64,000 bases of DNA from Octopus sinensis (GCF_006345805.1 NC_043005.1:90582001-90646000); one strand, 5' to 3'; positions 1 through 12,709 are shown, counted from the first letter of the stretch. The notes: generated by a model from the sequence alone, not told the origin. Translations and numbers: made by a program.

Positions 1-131
1 AATGTGTTAATTAATAAGGCATTAAAAGAGAACGACTCTCCTCAGACACAATACTATATGCGTGTGTGTGTGATTTGTAGAAAACACAAATCCGGAGAGG
101 AAGCACCATCTAAGCTGTAGAGTGGTGTATA

Positions 132-339
132 TTTTAATGGGGAAGGCCAGTTTATGGAATTACCCTGAGTTTTCCATCCATAAAGGGTCTAGCTTTACGG
201 CATATTGTCAGATCCCAAAACCTGTTTTGAAGAGGTCTTAGGTCAACAGGTTTTGGGGTCTGACGATATGCCATAACGCTAAACCCTTTATGTTCAGGAA
301 ACTCAGGGTAATCCCATAAACTGGCCTTCCCCATTAAAA
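132..339. mobile_element. Foldback element / MITE (~208 bp imperfect hairpin)
   Basis: TTTTAATGGGGAAGGCCAGTTTATGG... pairs with ...CCATAAACTGGCCTTCCCCATTAAAA over ~90-bp arms. Confidence 0.8.
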
Positions 340-504
340 CACACACACACATATATATATTTTCATATGTATATATATTTATATATGAACATATATATAT
401 GTATATATATATATTTATATATGCATATATATGAATATAAATTTTATTTGTTAGGGAATAAAAATTCCGGCATAACAGAGGTTCAAATTATTCTCAATGA
501 AGAA

Positions 505-820
505 ATATATTTTAATTTAGAGATAGTAGACCCCTACATCTCACCATATAAAAAAGAATTTTTATTTTAAATACCTACTGTTTTATTACTTGGCAACACG
601 TGTTTCATGAGGTACATCCTCCGGTTACTAAACCACTCCGTGTTTTCCTGGGACCCTTCTTAAAATGTAACCCAAATCATCAGGCCCTTATATCACTTTA
701 TCATGAGGATGTACCTCATGAAACACGTGTTGCCAAGTAATAAAACAGTAGGTATTTAAAATAAAAATTCATTTTATATGGTGAGATGTAGGGGTCTACT
801 ATCTCTAAATTAAAATATAT
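505..820. repeat. Inverted repeat (~117-bp arms, 83-bp spacer) of Penelope-like terminal-repeat sequence
   Basis: 505-621 is the reverse complement of 705-820, differing only at one A-run (1 indel, 1 substitution); arms carry GAAACACGTGT. Confidence 0.9.
592..686 (-). ncRNA. Type I hammerhead ribozyme motif with long stem II
   Basis: Minus strand: GGC-CUGAUGA-(70 nt; UGGGUUACAUUUU/AGGAUGUACCUCA stem)-GAAAC-ACGU-GUU-GCC; palindromic stem III, 3-bp stem I. Confidence 0.65.
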
Positions 821-823
821 ATG

Positions 824-857
<34 letters not shown>

Positions 858-1020
858 ATATATATATATTAAATTAGAGATAAAACCACTATTAAGCAAA
901 TCAAACAGTGAAAATCATAAACCAATACATAGAAATAAAATTAATTAATAAAATATAAAATTCAAAATTTAAATTTAAAGTTAAAATTTTTAAAATTATT
1001 TAAATAATTTATACCTATAA

Positions 1021-1067
<47 letters not shown>

Positions 1068-1213
1068 ATATATTTTATTATTATTATTATTATTATTATT
1101 TTGTATGTATGTATGTATGTATAGTGAGAAATTACAAAAAAAGCAAAAAACGAAGACAGGTGTGTAAACAACAAACAGATGTATTAGTTTAATGCTCAGG
1201 AAGTGAGAAAAAT

Positions 1214-1249
1214 CTTTTACATTTCAAGCCTACGCTCTTCCACAGAAAG
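1214..1249 (-). ncRNA. Degenerate minimal type I hammerhead motif in a Penelope-like repeat (~1130-1290)
   Basis: CUUU-CUGUGGA-a-GAGC-guag-GCUU-GAAAU-GUA-AAAG; A6>U and C15.2>U core changes. Same family as 15274-15309. Confidence 0.5.
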
Positions 1250-2044
1250 GAACACAGAAATAAACAGGGATAGAAAACAGAAAAAGGTACAGTGGCAACA
1301 TATATATATATATAAAATTAAATGGGTGGCTTAGTAATTTTGCCTTTATATATAATATAATATAATATACACATGTAATAAAATAGGATTTTTTCTCAGC
1401 AAGTACAAAAAATTTATTAAAATGAAATTGAAACTCAATAAAGAGTTGCTTTTTAAAACCTTTAGAAACATTCTCTTATTTTAGGGTGAAAAGCAAGGAG
1501 CATACCATTAACTTACCATTAACAAGGCCATGCTATCTGGGGGCCACGTATCTTGATATTCTTTCGTTTCTTCAATATATGTGTAAGTGTGTGAAGTTTG
1601 TAATAAACTGAGATGCAAAAAAAAAATGCATCAAATAAGTAGAAGATTTGAAGTAGGGTTTTTTTTTTTTTGCTAAATATAAATTTAATTTACCAGAAAA
1701 CAGGATAACAGTTCTAATAATTAAACCAATCCTTTTGAATTTAGTTGGATGTGAAGTGATTATGTATTTTCCATTCATCGTTGATTCTCATGCATTCACA
1801 CAAACAGGATTTTGTACTATAATAATTCTTTTGTTTTACAATTGACGCTTGTATGGTTGGTATGGTTAAAAAGTTCACTTTCCAACTGTGTGATTATTGG
1901 AACCCCCTCCCTCACTGCATGCCACTTTGGGCAGTTGTCTTCTACTATAGCCCTGGGCAGGCTTGGTTTTGAGTCCCCACTTATTCATCATAGTCCTCTT
2001 GGCCATAACAGATAAATTTATGATTTCCAGGTTGCTCCTGGAAG

Positions 2045-2790
2045 TTTCTGGATGCTGATGACCTTGTTTTTATGGCTGAAACTGTTGTAGAATTAGAAAA
2101 TAAAATTCAGATGTGTGGGAGCAAAACTTGGAACCAAAGTGCTTCAAAGTTAACTTAACAAAGCCCAACGTTCTAGTAAGCAAGAAAACAGATAAACAAC
2201 CAATCCCTTTAGGAAACTGGCCTTGCTCAATATGCATAAAAGGTGTGAGAAGAAACTCCACATGGTACACCAAGTGAAAGTTATGAACGTATGAGAGAGG
2301 TGCAGTGGAATCACAGAAAGGTTTACAGAGGAAGTGGACTTTGTGTGTGACTGATGCTCAGGAGCAAGGAACACTAAGAACACAAGGAGATATAATTCCT
2401 CAAATGGTAAGGAGGATCCTTAGAAGTAGCAGATAGTTTCTGTTACCTGAGTGATCTAATTGTTCTGAAAGTATATTTGCTAGAATAAGAGAATTCAGAG
2501 AGCTATTGTCTCTGTTGGCAACAAAAGGTCTCTCTCTTAGAGTGAAAGGCAGATTGTATGATGCTGCCTGTGTATGAACAGCAATGCTACATGGTAGTAC
2601 AACATGGGCTGTGAATGTAGAGGGCATATGAGGACTTGAAAGAAGCAAAGTTAATATATCCTGCTGGTTGTGCAACATCAGTGTGCACGTACAGTAAAGA
2701 GTAAACATGTTGAGAGAAAAACTGGGCATAAGAGGCATCAGGTGTAGTGTGCAAGAGAGAAGAGTGCATTAGTGTGGTCATGTGATGTAT
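2045..2790 (+). mobile_element. RTE-clade LINE fragment (late RT and C-terminal region), decayed
   Basis: Interrupted frames give DDLVFMAE..., LLATKGLSLRVKGRLYDA..., LREKLGIRGIRCSVQER; homologous to 28544-30292. Confidence 0.8.
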
Positions 2791-2829
2791 ATAGATAAGA
2801 ACAGCTGTATAAAGAATTAAATAATAATA

Positions 2830-3075
2830 AATGTGCCCTTTTAAAGCCTAGCCAGGCTCATGGGCCCGGTTTCCCAGTTTCAATGGCGTACGTGTTCCCC
2901 AGCTGGACGGGACGCCAGTCCATTGCAACGTTGCTCATTTTTGCCAGCCGAGTGAACTGGAGCAATATGAAATGAAGTGTTTTGCTCAAGAACACAACGC
3001 GTCTCCTGGTCCAGGAATCGAAACAACAATTTTATGATCATGATGCTGACACCTTAACCACTAAGCCATGTGCCT
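2830..3075 (-). mobile_element. tRNA-derived SINE (family with CTTGAGCAAAACACTTCATTTC core; other copies ~43480-43720 +, ~56600-56820 -, ~59770-60085 -, ~60800-60920 +)
   Basis: Minus strand has A-box (TGGCTTAGTGG) and B-box-like (GTTTCGATTCC) head plus the shared core. Confidence 0.7.
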
Positions 3076-3594
3076 CCACATATAAAGAATTACCGATTGT
3101 TAAATGTGGATGGAACCTGTGGAAGCAGAAGATCCAGGAAGATATGAAACGAAGTGGTGAAAAATGACCTCTTGATGATGAGCATCACAGAGATGATGAA
3201 GGACTGATTGGCGATTTATAGTGCTTGAGAAGACTCGTTCGCCTAAGCAAAAATGAGACCCTAAAGGCATACTGTTTATGTCTCTGTCCTTGACAACCTA
3301 TGGTCCCACATCCCATCTTCCTAATCCACTCCGCTCCATCTTTATTTACCACTCACGGAATCCCCTTCCCTTCTATCTCTCACTGACCCTTCACACTCTT
3401 ACAAACTTATCTGCCCACCCCCATCCCCCATCCAGTCCTTCGTACCACTTCATATATATTTTCCTTTCTGTACCTTAAGATACACTTTGACACCCCTTCA
3501 CTACCATCTTCTCTCTCTCTCTCTTCCAGCAGGGGCAGCCACGTAGCTCCTCTTCAGCAAGATACTTGTTTCTATCCCCTTTATCATACTTTAA

Positions 3595-3796
3595 CCCCTT
3601 AACATTCAAACCATTCTGTCAAATGTAATTCTTATTTATTCACATTATTCTGCATCCCTCATGGGGTTATGTCGATGCATTTGTTTACTTTTAATACAAC
3701 ATTGCAGGGTAGTTGTGAGAGGCTTGATCTGGTCAGTTTGAATGCAAAACACATAGAATATCTGGGCTTGATAGGGTTGGTTTCAATGATAAAAGG
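3595..3796. mobile_element. piggyBac-like MITE
   Basis: TTAA|CCCCTT...AAAAGG|TTAA termini; related ends at ~27040 and ~57495. Confidence 0.65.
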
Positions 3797-4104
3797 TTAA
3801 TCTCTCATCCCCTGGCACAAAGTCACCTCCCTAACAACTAATCCCGACTCAGTTGAGAAGCCTTTCTCTGCCAAGTGACTTGAGGACCTCACTGGTGCTG
3901 TTGGTGCCACATAAAAAGCACCGTGTACACTCTGTAAAGTGGTTGGTATTAGGAAGGACATCCAGCCATAGAGACCATGTCAAAGCAGATAATTAGAGTT
4001 TGTTGCAGTCCTCTGGTTTGCCAGCATCTGTTGAGCCATCCAACCCATAGCAGACTGGAAAAGGAATGTTAAATAAATGATGTTGCTGGATGATGGTGAT
4101 GAAA

Positions 4105-4138
<34 letters not shown>

Positions 4139-4401
4139 AAAAGGGGTTTGTATGATTGTGTGTAGAGGGATATATATTATTCAAAGACATACCAACTCTG
4201 TCTGTTTTTTATGTTTTATTTATATTCTTTATAATATTAATGTAGAATATAGAATATATAGTATATATAGTAAAATGAAATGAAATATTGATTGTCTTAT
4301 TGAATAGATGAAACGTTAAATATAAAATATTAGGGGACTAGTATACTTTCATGCGTTATAGCAGTCTTCAAGGTCCCAGGTTGTGACAGGAGTGTTTCAA
4401 C

Positions 4402-4449
<48 letters not shown>

Positions 4450-4861
4450 AAATTCGATTAGAGTTTGTGTTAAGCTCATGAAGGGATGGTTTAATCCAAG
4501 AAAATACATTTTGGGAAATTAATTTCCTTATAATAATATATATATATATGTATGTGCCAGCTTCTCTGGCCCCTGTGCCGTTGGCATGTAAAAAGCACCC
4601 ACTACACACTTGCAGTGGTTGGTGTTAGGAAGGGCATTCAGCTGTAGAAACATTGCCAGATCAGACTGAGGCCTAGTGTAGCCTCCTGGCTTCCCAGACC
4701 CCAGTCAAACTGTCCAACCCATGCCAGCATCAAAAACGGCCGTTAAACGATGATGATGATGAATTTATATTTATATTAAAGAAGAAAAAGAAAATAGAGA
4801 TTGAGAAGTTAATAATTGTTTCTTCCCAACCTCCATTTGCTTTTTCTCCTTTGATATATAT

Positions 4862-4915
<54 letters not shown>

Positions 4916-4922
4916 CGACGAC

Positions 4923-7597
4923 CAATGGTGGGCACCATTAATCGAAAAGTTAACTTCTATAACTGTTAATCAGTTAATTCTTTAAAAATGTAACAGAAGT
5001 TGTCAATGAACCGTTAATGTTAATTTTTATTATAGAAAAAAACGAAAAATCAGTTTTTGCTCTAAAGCCACCTAAAAACACCTTTAAAAAGTGCCAAAAC
5101 TATAAAATCAGCCATTTTCGGTCTTTTAAAGGACTTTAGGACCCCAAAAATATAGGGTTTTTTTTTCCAATGTTAGAGTTAAAAAATGCTGATTTTATAG
5201 TTTTAACTTTTAAATGACCTAAAAAAAGGATGATTTCATAATTTTGGTCCTTTTTTTAGGTTTTTAAAGGATTTTATAGCTAGAAAAGTGTAAAAAAACA
5301 CTCAAATGAAACACAGTATTAGTATTAAACTAAAAAATTTCATTGATAAAGTAGCTGTAAAAAAAAAGATAAAAAAATGAAAAACATGATATATACATAA
5401 TTTTATTTTTTCCTCTTTTTGTTCTCCATTTGGTTCATGAGATGCATGTTGCCCTTCATGAAAATTAGCAAGTCAAAGTTTTCATCAGAGAGGGATGATC
5501 TATTGACCCTCAAGGTGTCCTTGCCTATCATTTGGCTGTGTTGAACTTGATGAACAAGTTCACCAATACTTGCTCACCCAAGAAAGCAGCATCTGTTTGC
5601 AATTCCTTGGAGTTGGTCTCCAACCAGGTCTTGACCAAATTCTGGGCCTTGTCCTTGAGTGACCTGTGGCTCCTGCTGCTCTCTTTTGGCTGGGTGACAC
5701 CACTGATGAAGTCATCCTTCCCCTCTTTGTTGTTGCTGCTCATTTAGTCAGACTGCTGCCTCAAGGCCTTACCTTCCATACTTTTCCTCACCTTGGCGAC
5801 TTTGATGTTGTCATACTTATCCAACCAGATGAGGTGAGATCTGGGGTGGAAGACAGCAGCCAGCTGGCATTCCTTATTTTCTAGGTTCGTCCTAAACCCT
5901 TTGTCGATGCCTGCCAAAAGTGTGTTGACCAAGGGGCTGCAGTAGACAAAGCCCTTGGACTTCAAGTCCACAGAGTCCCAAGGTAGGCTTGTCCCTGGAT
6001 CTTGTCGAGTGCTTTGGCCACAGGTGACATGACCTGGAAATAAAATAATGGAGAGTTATCAAATTTTAGAAATTCAAATTTGTAGGGAAACAGACTAGTA
6101 AAAAATATATTATCAAATCAAATGTCAATATTAATTTTATAATTCAGTATCTGTAATATTATTATATCAATAATTAATATATAATATATGTGTTTTGAAG
6201 GATTTATAATATAATGTGTGTCTAGAAACTGAAGTTCTTCAAGGTGCTCTGAATATTACCTGATCAAGTACTACTTCAAGTTAGTAATGCAAATCAATGA
6301 TTCACCTGCCCAATGTCCTCCTCAACATGGAGCTCTTGCTGGGGTCCAGCATCTTGATAAGCCTCTCGAATGTGTCAGATTCTACAATGTGGAGTGGCAG
6401 TATGTTGGCTATGAACAGGTCCACAATCCTTGATCCACAGCAGCCTGGGGTATGCCACTGTCAGTAGCAGCAATGCCAAAGGAATCGGCAATGAGTTGCT
6501 GGCATGCTTTCTTGCCGGAGGGAAATGAAAACAGATTTGATAATTCTGAAATGCTGTTGCCACTGTTGGAACCAGAAGAAAACCTCTTCTTGGCTTTTCC
6601 ACGAGATGAACCTGCCTTGACCCTCTCCTCAAACTGCATGAACTTGGCTATGTGGGTCCTCTTGATGTGCAGCTTGAGGTTTGTCATATGCCCCTTGATT
6701 GGCACAGTCCCGGGCAGGCACAGCTTGCAGTTGAAAATAAACTTGTCTCCTTCCCTTGATTTGATCAAAAAGTAGTTGTCCAGTCGGGGCCAGTGGTTCT
6801 GAGCCTGTTCCTGCTGAGGTCCAGTGGCACTGGCAGTTTCAACCTCAATGATGTCAACAAATACAAATTTTTGAGATTCCGTCATCTAAAACCTTAAACA
6901 ATATAAATATTTGAAACTATTATAAAACCTGTGGCTAATTAACGAATCAGATCTTACAATAATCAAAAATATAATTTGGCCAAGCGAATACTAGAATATC
7001 AGAGGAATGTACACAAATGTTTGATATATTATAATAATGAAACTGGACTTATTTATTTTCTTTCAGTTAACACTAAATGGTATCACTATAATAAGTCAGT
7101 CATGCTGTAACCCCATAATGGCCCTTCAGGGTGAAGGGAATCCTCTTTCTACTGGGACTTCTTTTTATATATAGCACTGCATTGCATGCTGTGGTGCAAT
7201 ATCTTATTTCTTTATTAAAGAAATTTTTTTATGATTTATTAATAAAAAATAATTGCTTAAATATCTAATGCATAAAATATCATTTTGAACTCACAAGTCT
7301 AAGTTTAATTGAAAATTTATTTATAAAAGTCTGTGGCATTATATTGGGGTTGAAAGAATGATGCGTACAATATTAAGTATGCTAATACTTTACATCTGTA
7401 TTGAAAATCTGAAAATAATAGTAACTTTTAAGCATTTACTAGTTTTTAGGAAACTTTTGGGTTAGCAGACTTGGATTAACAGAAGTTGATTAGTCCAGTA
7501 ATGAATTCCAAAGTTAACTTAAAAGTTAAATCGTTAACAAAAATGTTAACTTTGCTAATTAACAATTAATGGATTAACAGTTTGTTACCCAGGTTTG
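4923..7597 (-). mobile_element. Internally deleted hAT DNA transposon (~2.7 kb)
   Basis: Imperfect termini CAATGGTGGGCACC / GTTACCCAGGTTTG (9/14), GTTAAC-rich subterminal repeats at both ends, degenerate 8-bp flanks ACGACGAC / AAAACAAC, and an internal transposase remnant. Confidence 0.75.
5403..6885 (-). pseudogene. Decayed intron-containing hAT transposase: BED zinc finger and C-terminal dimerization region, catalytic core deleted
   Basis: W..YF...CKLC...NLKLHIKRTH (BED finger); frameshift into RIVDLFIANILPLHIVESDTFERL; after TTCCAG acceptor (6034) VMSPVAKALDKIQG, YCSPLV..LAAVFHP, and RSSLSDENFDLLIFMKGN. Multiple frameshifts; the usual PSSAxxERLFS motif is missing. Confidence 0.85.
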
Positions 7598-7934
7598 AAA
7601 ACAACTCTGTGTGTGTATGTGTATGTGTGTAGATAATATATATGTACGTATGTACATGCAAGTCTGGTGAAGTGCCACTCTAATGTCTAAAACTGCAAAC
7701 ATTATGTAAATGTTCACTTTGAATTTTTGTGTAAATTGGTTTTGCAAACAGAGTTGGTACCGAGACAAATGTCACAAATCATTAAAAATGTATTCAGGAA
7801 TTTCTTTGTGTTATTATTTGGATTACATACATACATGGTGGCTGCCCCTCATTATCGAGTATGGCCATTGCACAAAGCTTAATCAATGTTGTTATCATGC
7901 AATGCCTGTGCAAGAAGATTTTTTTTTAAAGTGA

Positions 7935-8330
7935 GGAAAGGCTGTGCACTGAGTCAATCCCACTCACTAGGCAACAGCAGTCATAATCCGAAAAGAAGAA
8001 CAAGTCAACATCATCGGTAACCACTGAGCCGCAGGTTTTATGTTGGAGTTATCCCAGTTACCTGAGTTACCTTCTCCTAGAAGGATGCCCTAACAAAGGC
8101 TAGGAGTCCTTCACTCACAATGGTTTAACCGCGCGATCAGGTATTCAGTCCGATTATTTCTATGTCCCCGCGCATGATATATCCTTAAGACATTTATTGG
8201 ATCGCCGTTGACTCTCAAGAGTTCCTTCGCCCTTTGATGGGTTTTGTTTTTCATCCCACAGGGTGTCTAATAAACACTGGTGGGGTTGCCAGTTTAGTCG
8301 CTGACGACCCAACCATGCAACATATGTTAC
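7935..8330 (-). mobile_element. Probable RTE-type 5' end / derived non-autonomous repeat
   Basis: Minus strand has GGGCATCCTTCTAGGAGAAGGTAACTC and GGTTGGGTCGTCAGCGACTAAACTGGCAACCCC, resembling RTE 5' UTR motifs; no ORF. Confidence 0.4.
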
Positions 8331-8353
8331 AATTTAGAACAAATAGTAAAAGA

Positions 8354-8473
8354 TTGTCATTATAGTACTCGGAGTTTTGAATGTGGGAGAGAAGAGCTAC
8401 GATGCATTAGCTGACAAGAATGTATTGTCACTCTTCGCTCTGGCATTTGAAACTCTGAGTACTATAATGACAA
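8354..8473. mobile_element. 120-bp foldback element
   Basis: TTGTCATTATAGTACTCGGAGTTTTGAATG pairs with CATTTGAAACTCTGAGTACTATAATGACAA. Confidence 0.7.
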
Positions 8474-11400
8474 CCTTTTACTGTTTGTTCTAATTTATAA
8501 CATATAAATAATCCTCTATTTCGCTAATATCAAGGTTTCATTCTTTTGTTGCTATATCTTATTATTATTATTATATATTAATATATGTATTTATATTTAT
8601 GTATGTGTGTGTAAGTACATGTGTATGTTTATAACTGTGTGCGTATGGGTGTGTTTGTGTCTCCTAGGTTTGAGATTGCACAATAGTTGTAAATGAGTGT
8701 CCCTGTCATACAGTGTCCTTCATTCCCAATTGTCCGGGAGAACATACCCAGCCCTGGGGAAATATTGTCTTGCTTTGAAACAGGTAAGGCTTGGTGACAG
8801 GAAGAGCATCCAGCTGCAGCAAATCAGCAAATCTTCGTCAGCTAATTCTGTCTGACCCACACAAGCAAGGAAAAGTGTATATTGAAATGATAATGATGAT
8901 GATGAGCTTACAAGATTGCGTGTTTAAGGAGCTTGTTTCGCAATCTCATGGCCCCAGTTTCAATCTCACCATGTGGAACCTAGGGCAAGTATCTTCTATT
9001 ACAGCTTGAGATTGACCTAAGACTAGTGAAAAAAACTTAAGTAGATGGAAACTGTATAGAAGCCTGTTCGACTAGATTACTCCTGTTGTTGGTTGGTAGA
9101 TTTAAGTAACAATTCAATTCTTCAGCAAGTTTAACATCACCACCTCTCTTTTGGATGATTTTATTGGAGTCTACTTGGGGCAAAGAATTCAGAAAAGACA
9201 TGAACTTCATTTATCATCTTCATACTTGGCTTCCTACTGAAAAAAACCCCAATGGAATGAGTTTTTTCCTTTTCTTGCCCCAGTTTTTGAAGATCACTAA
9301 TACTGTTTTTTTCTATTAAACCTTTTCATATTTGCCTGTCTGAAACTGTTGCTTGTCTTGTGACATAAAATTCCTCTTTTAAAGTGATTAAAATTCTTTA
9401 ATGTGATTAAAATTCTTTCTGAAACAGGAACCGATTCCTGTTTCACAATGACAAAAAAAACCTTTGTTGGCATTTAGTCACATGTATTGGAATAGAAATA
9501 ATTATAATTGTGAAGAATTTGTATTGCTTATCATCAGATATACACCACCACCATCATCATCATCATTGTTTAATGCCAGTTTCATATGTCAGCATGAGTT
9601 GATGGTTTGACGAGAGGTGACAAGGCCAGGAGTTGTATAAGGCTCCATTGTCTGTTTTGGCTTGGCTTCTACAGCTGGATGTCCTCCTCGCTAATGCCTA
9701 CCATTTCACAGAGTGTACCTAGTGCTTTTTTATGTGGCACCATCATGGGTACTTCTTATATGGTACCAATACCAACAGTGCCACCCAGTACCTTGCAAAA
9801 CAAAGAAAAAGAAAAAAAATCTTTATTATCTTTCCCTTGCTTCAGCCTTTGAATTTTTAGTCAAATGAATTTTTTAAAACCTGGTACTTATACTATCGAT
9901 CTCTTTTGCTGAACCACTAGGTTACAAGAATGTAAACATGCCAAGTGGTGGTGGAGGGACAAACCTGAATAGAAAGACATGCACACATAAATGAGCTTCT
10001 TTCAGTTTCCTTCTAGCAAAGTCACTGACAGGGCTTTGGTCGGCCTTAGGCTGTAGTAGAAGACACCTGCTCAAGGTGTCACACAGTGGGACTGAACCTA
10101 GAACCATGCGGTTGTGAAGCAAGCTTCTTACCACACAGCCATGCCTGCACCTACACTGAATTATTTTCCTGATGAGAGAACACAATGATGTAATTGTGAA
10201 AATAATATGCGTGTATTTAATGATAGAGTTTGATAATAATGTGATAACAGTGGTGATATAGTAATGCTAAATCCTCTGATGGGGGTTTAAGCTTTTGTAT
10301 CAGATGATATTTTGTCATTTTTAATTAAACGAAGATATTTATAAAGAACCAGCTAATGCTTTTTCTTAAGATCAACGTATGATGGTTGTAAGATAATTCC
10401 TAAGAAAGAAGTAACTGCAGAAGATGCTTGGACTGGATTAAAATGATGATGATGACAATGACGATGATGGCAGTGGTGGCAGTGGTGGAGGTGGTGGTGA
10501 TGATGATGATGATATTAGGTACGTCGCCTTTCATCCCCCTTCAATGAGGTCATTGACTTTTATGACTCAAAGAAACACAATCACATAGTGCTCATGTAGG
10601 CGTGTGTCTCTTTGTCTCGACAGCATGCAATAGTTGTTTATGATTGCCATCATGACACAAGTGGTGTTGTGAGTATTGTGTCACAGAAGACAATGACCTC
10701 ATTGAAGGAGGATGTAAGGGGATATATGTCCTTGGTTCAGGAGCTGCTATAATTGCACCTAATAGAACCATAAATGCTGTTACAAAGAACAACTTGAATT
10801 TCAGGATAATGAATGGTCCCATTCAACTGAAGCTGTGACCATTTATTGCAGTACACTCAATATTCTATCCTCCTCTAGGCACAGGGCCCGAAATTTTGGG
10901 GGAGAGGGCCAGTTGATTAGAACGACCCCAGTATGTAATTAGTACTTAATTTATTGACTCCAAAAAGATGAAAGGAAAAGTCGACCTTGGTGGAAACTGA
11001 ACTCAGAACATAAAGACAGACGAAATACCGCTAAGCATTTCACCCTGCATGCTAATGTTTCACTTTTGACATGTAATATTGAAATAGTGTAAGAGATAAG
11101 AGATTGCTTTAGGCTCGCATTAGGAAAGGAGTTGAAAATTTTTTTGGCCCATGACACTGCATGGAGCCTAAGTAAGGCACGAGTAAAATTTGAATGAAAT
11201 TGGTTGTGGAATTCTCAAATTGTAGGGATTCACACAGACAGACACACATTCTTATTTTTATATATACAAATTTCCCCCACTTGTATCATCTGACATGTTT
11301 GTTTATATTCACGAGTTCCTATTTTCCGTGTTTTATTTTTTAGTATAAATTTTTTTTAGAAATAGCTGAATCTTCCTAATTTTTTCCCCATTTCATTTAT

Positions 11401-12288
11401 TTTGGATATATTTCCCATTTTCATAAATTTTTTAGAAATTAGGCATCATTTTCTTGGATAAGTATGCTTCTAAAGAAGTGGCAAAAATTGTATGCATATC
11501 GTTGCACAGATGTGGTGGGTTCAAATCCTTGGCGAATTGAGAGTAGTCTATTTATGTTGGGGGTGTGGAATTTCAAGGAAAAAATTGTAAGAAAAAGCAA
11601 CTTAAGTCAAAGAGAGCACACGTCAAATTTGGTGAAATTCAGTTGAAAATTGTAGGCGTAGACATGGTTCACACAACACACAGACAACTTGCTTTTAATA
11701 TATACTCTCATATATGTGTGTGTGTGTGTGTGCACGCGTGCGCGTGTGTATACATGTGTGTATGTTTGTATGACTGTGTTTGTCCTCCCACCATCACTTG
11801 ACAACCGATGTCGGTGTGTTTACATCCCCGTAACTTAGCGCTTTGGCAAAAGGGACCGATAGCTTAAGTACTAGGCTTATAAAGAATAAGTCCTGGAGTT
11901 TTATTTTCGTCTCTATTTTTATTTCATTATTATTTCATCATTATTTCATCATTATTATTTCATCATTATTTCATTTTTATTTTGTATTTGTTTATTTGCA
12001 ATTCTTTATTCATTATTCGTAACTTTTATTTGTAATTTTCACTTGTATTTTTTCTCTTTAAATTTTTTTCCTTAAATGTTTATTCCTTGAATTCTTATTC
12101 CTTAAATTTTTACTCCTTAAATTTTTAATATTCAGTTATTATTTTTATTTATTATTTGTATTTCTATTCATTTGTATATGTTAAGTAAGATTATATTGAA
12201 GATATAAAGTATCATGGAGGTATATAAGAGGTAATGAAAGGTAATGTGTAAAGGTATATAAGAGGTAATGAAAAATGTTGAGGAATCC

Positions 12289-12388
12289 AGACCTGAAGAC
12301 TGGGAGTATGTCGACCTGATTAAGTATTGAAACTAGATACGTTGTATCTAATCAATACCGACGTACTTTCATGAAACACGTGTAGTCT
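12289..12388 (+). ncRNA. Type I hammerhead ribozyme motif with long structured stem II
   Basis: AGAC-CUGAAGA-c-[UGGGAGUAUGUCG...CGACGUACUUUCA, 13 bp]-u-GAAAC-ACGU-GUA|GUCU; stem I AGAC/GUCU; predicted cleavage after 12384. Confidence 0.75.
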
Positions 12389-12709
12389 TATAAACAGAAA
12401 ATACAGGATTCAGAATAGATATAGTTAGTATAAGATTTAATATTTAACATTTTATGGAGTGGTCGGGTATAAAATCTTTCAGTGTTGATTGAGTTGAAGG
12501 TGGTTCTGTCTCTAAAACTACTCATATATATATATATATATGTATATATGAGTAATATATATATATGAGTAGTTTTAGAGACAGAACCACCTTCAACTCA
12601 ATCAACACTGAAAGATTTTATACCCGACCACTCCATAAAATGTTAAATATTAAATCTTATACTAACTATATCTATTCTGAATCCTGTATTTTCTGTTTAT
12701 AAGACTACA
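12381..12709. repeat. Perfect inverted repeat (155-bp arms, 19-nt spacer) plus partial direct copy at ~12716-12780
   Basis: 12381-12535 is the exact reverse complement of 12555-12709. Confidence 0.95.

Noticed and set aside
3530-3560. Minus-strand CUGAAGA-GGAGC..GCUGC hammerhead-like half
   Set aside because: No GAAA, stem III or cleavage triplet follows; too incomplete to call.
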